From an uncultured delta proteobacterium (lineage in GTDB: Bacteria; Myxococcota_A; Polyangia; Polyangiales; Polyangiaceae): DNA of 64,000 bases. The notes beneath the pieces are model-generated. The model saw nothing but the letters and a program-made list of their open reading frames with translations, searched no databases and was not told where the DNA came from. The stretch covers positions 3,200,001 through 3,264,000 of the forward strand of contig CAWAIF010000003.1 in assembly GCA_963782055.1 (NCBI GenBank), written 5' to 3'. Shown here piece after piece: positions 63,729-64,000 of the stretch (position 1 is the stretch's first letter; every line of letters begins with the position of its first letter). The translations under genes and the position numbers were made by a program.

Positions 63729-64000
63729 ATGAACCGAACCGTCCTCACGCTCGTCGCGACGAGCGTCGCGTGGCTCTCTCTCGGCTGTACCGGCGACGAC
63801 ATCACCTACGGCCCGGCTGACGCGGCCCCCACCGCGGACGCCACCACCGACGTGACCGCCCCCGACGGCGGGCTGGACGCGTCGGCGGCGCAGCCCAGCG
63901 TTCTCGTCACGCACACCACGACGGCGGGCGAGCTGGTCGCGGTGAACCCGCAGGACGGCGGCGTCTCCGGCCGCCTCGCCTTCCCGGGCTTCGGCGTCGT
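63729..64000 (+). CDS. Riboswitch-controlled lipoprotein (3' truncated by window edge)
   Basis: MNRTVLTLVATSVAWLSLGC lipobox, acidic linker, then beta-strand-rich sequence; frame open to the window end; absent from the ORF track. Confidence 0.8.
   Translation, partial: MNRTVLTLVATSVAWLSLGCTGDDITYGPADAAPTADATTDVTAPDGGLDASAAQPSVLVTHTTTAGELVAVNPQDGGVSGRLAFPGFGV

Overview
A very GC-rich chromosomal segment from a myxobacterium, most likely Polyangiaceae/Sorangiineae-like. This assignment is inferred from gene content: TPR/PEGA proteins, Cys-rich and Asp-Ala-Gly-rich lipoproteins, and an FHA-GAF cyclase. The window has about 57 CDS, mostly housekeeping (rel/spoT, trmFO, upp, plsB, mce, proA, rsfS, tatBC, ccmCD, accA, LonC-type protease, hisC, a partial nuoEF-JKLMN operon, ychF, coaBC), mixed with about 14 predicted lipoproteins and several outer-membrane proteins. 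I saw no rRNA, tRNA, transposase, phage gene or CRISPR array. Non-coding elements are a clear cobalamin riboswitch (63488-63678), a three-copy 126-127 bp multi-hairpin tandem repeat (38213-38589) and two copies of a short REP-like hairpin. Two genes carry single-base frameshifts that may be sequencing errors. The best candidates for an undescribed system are (i) two paralogous, convergent modules each pairing a TPR protein with a shared hydrophobic C-terminal tail and a lipoprotein, (ii) a translationally coupled FadL-like x2, beta-propeller lipoprotein, lipase operon followed by PrsW, (iii) a CxxCH-bearing beta-propeller lipoprotein divergent from ccmCD, and (iv) a recurring -10 box directly before start codons that suggests widespread leaderless mRNA. 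All product calls come from motif recognition by eye, and no database searches were run.
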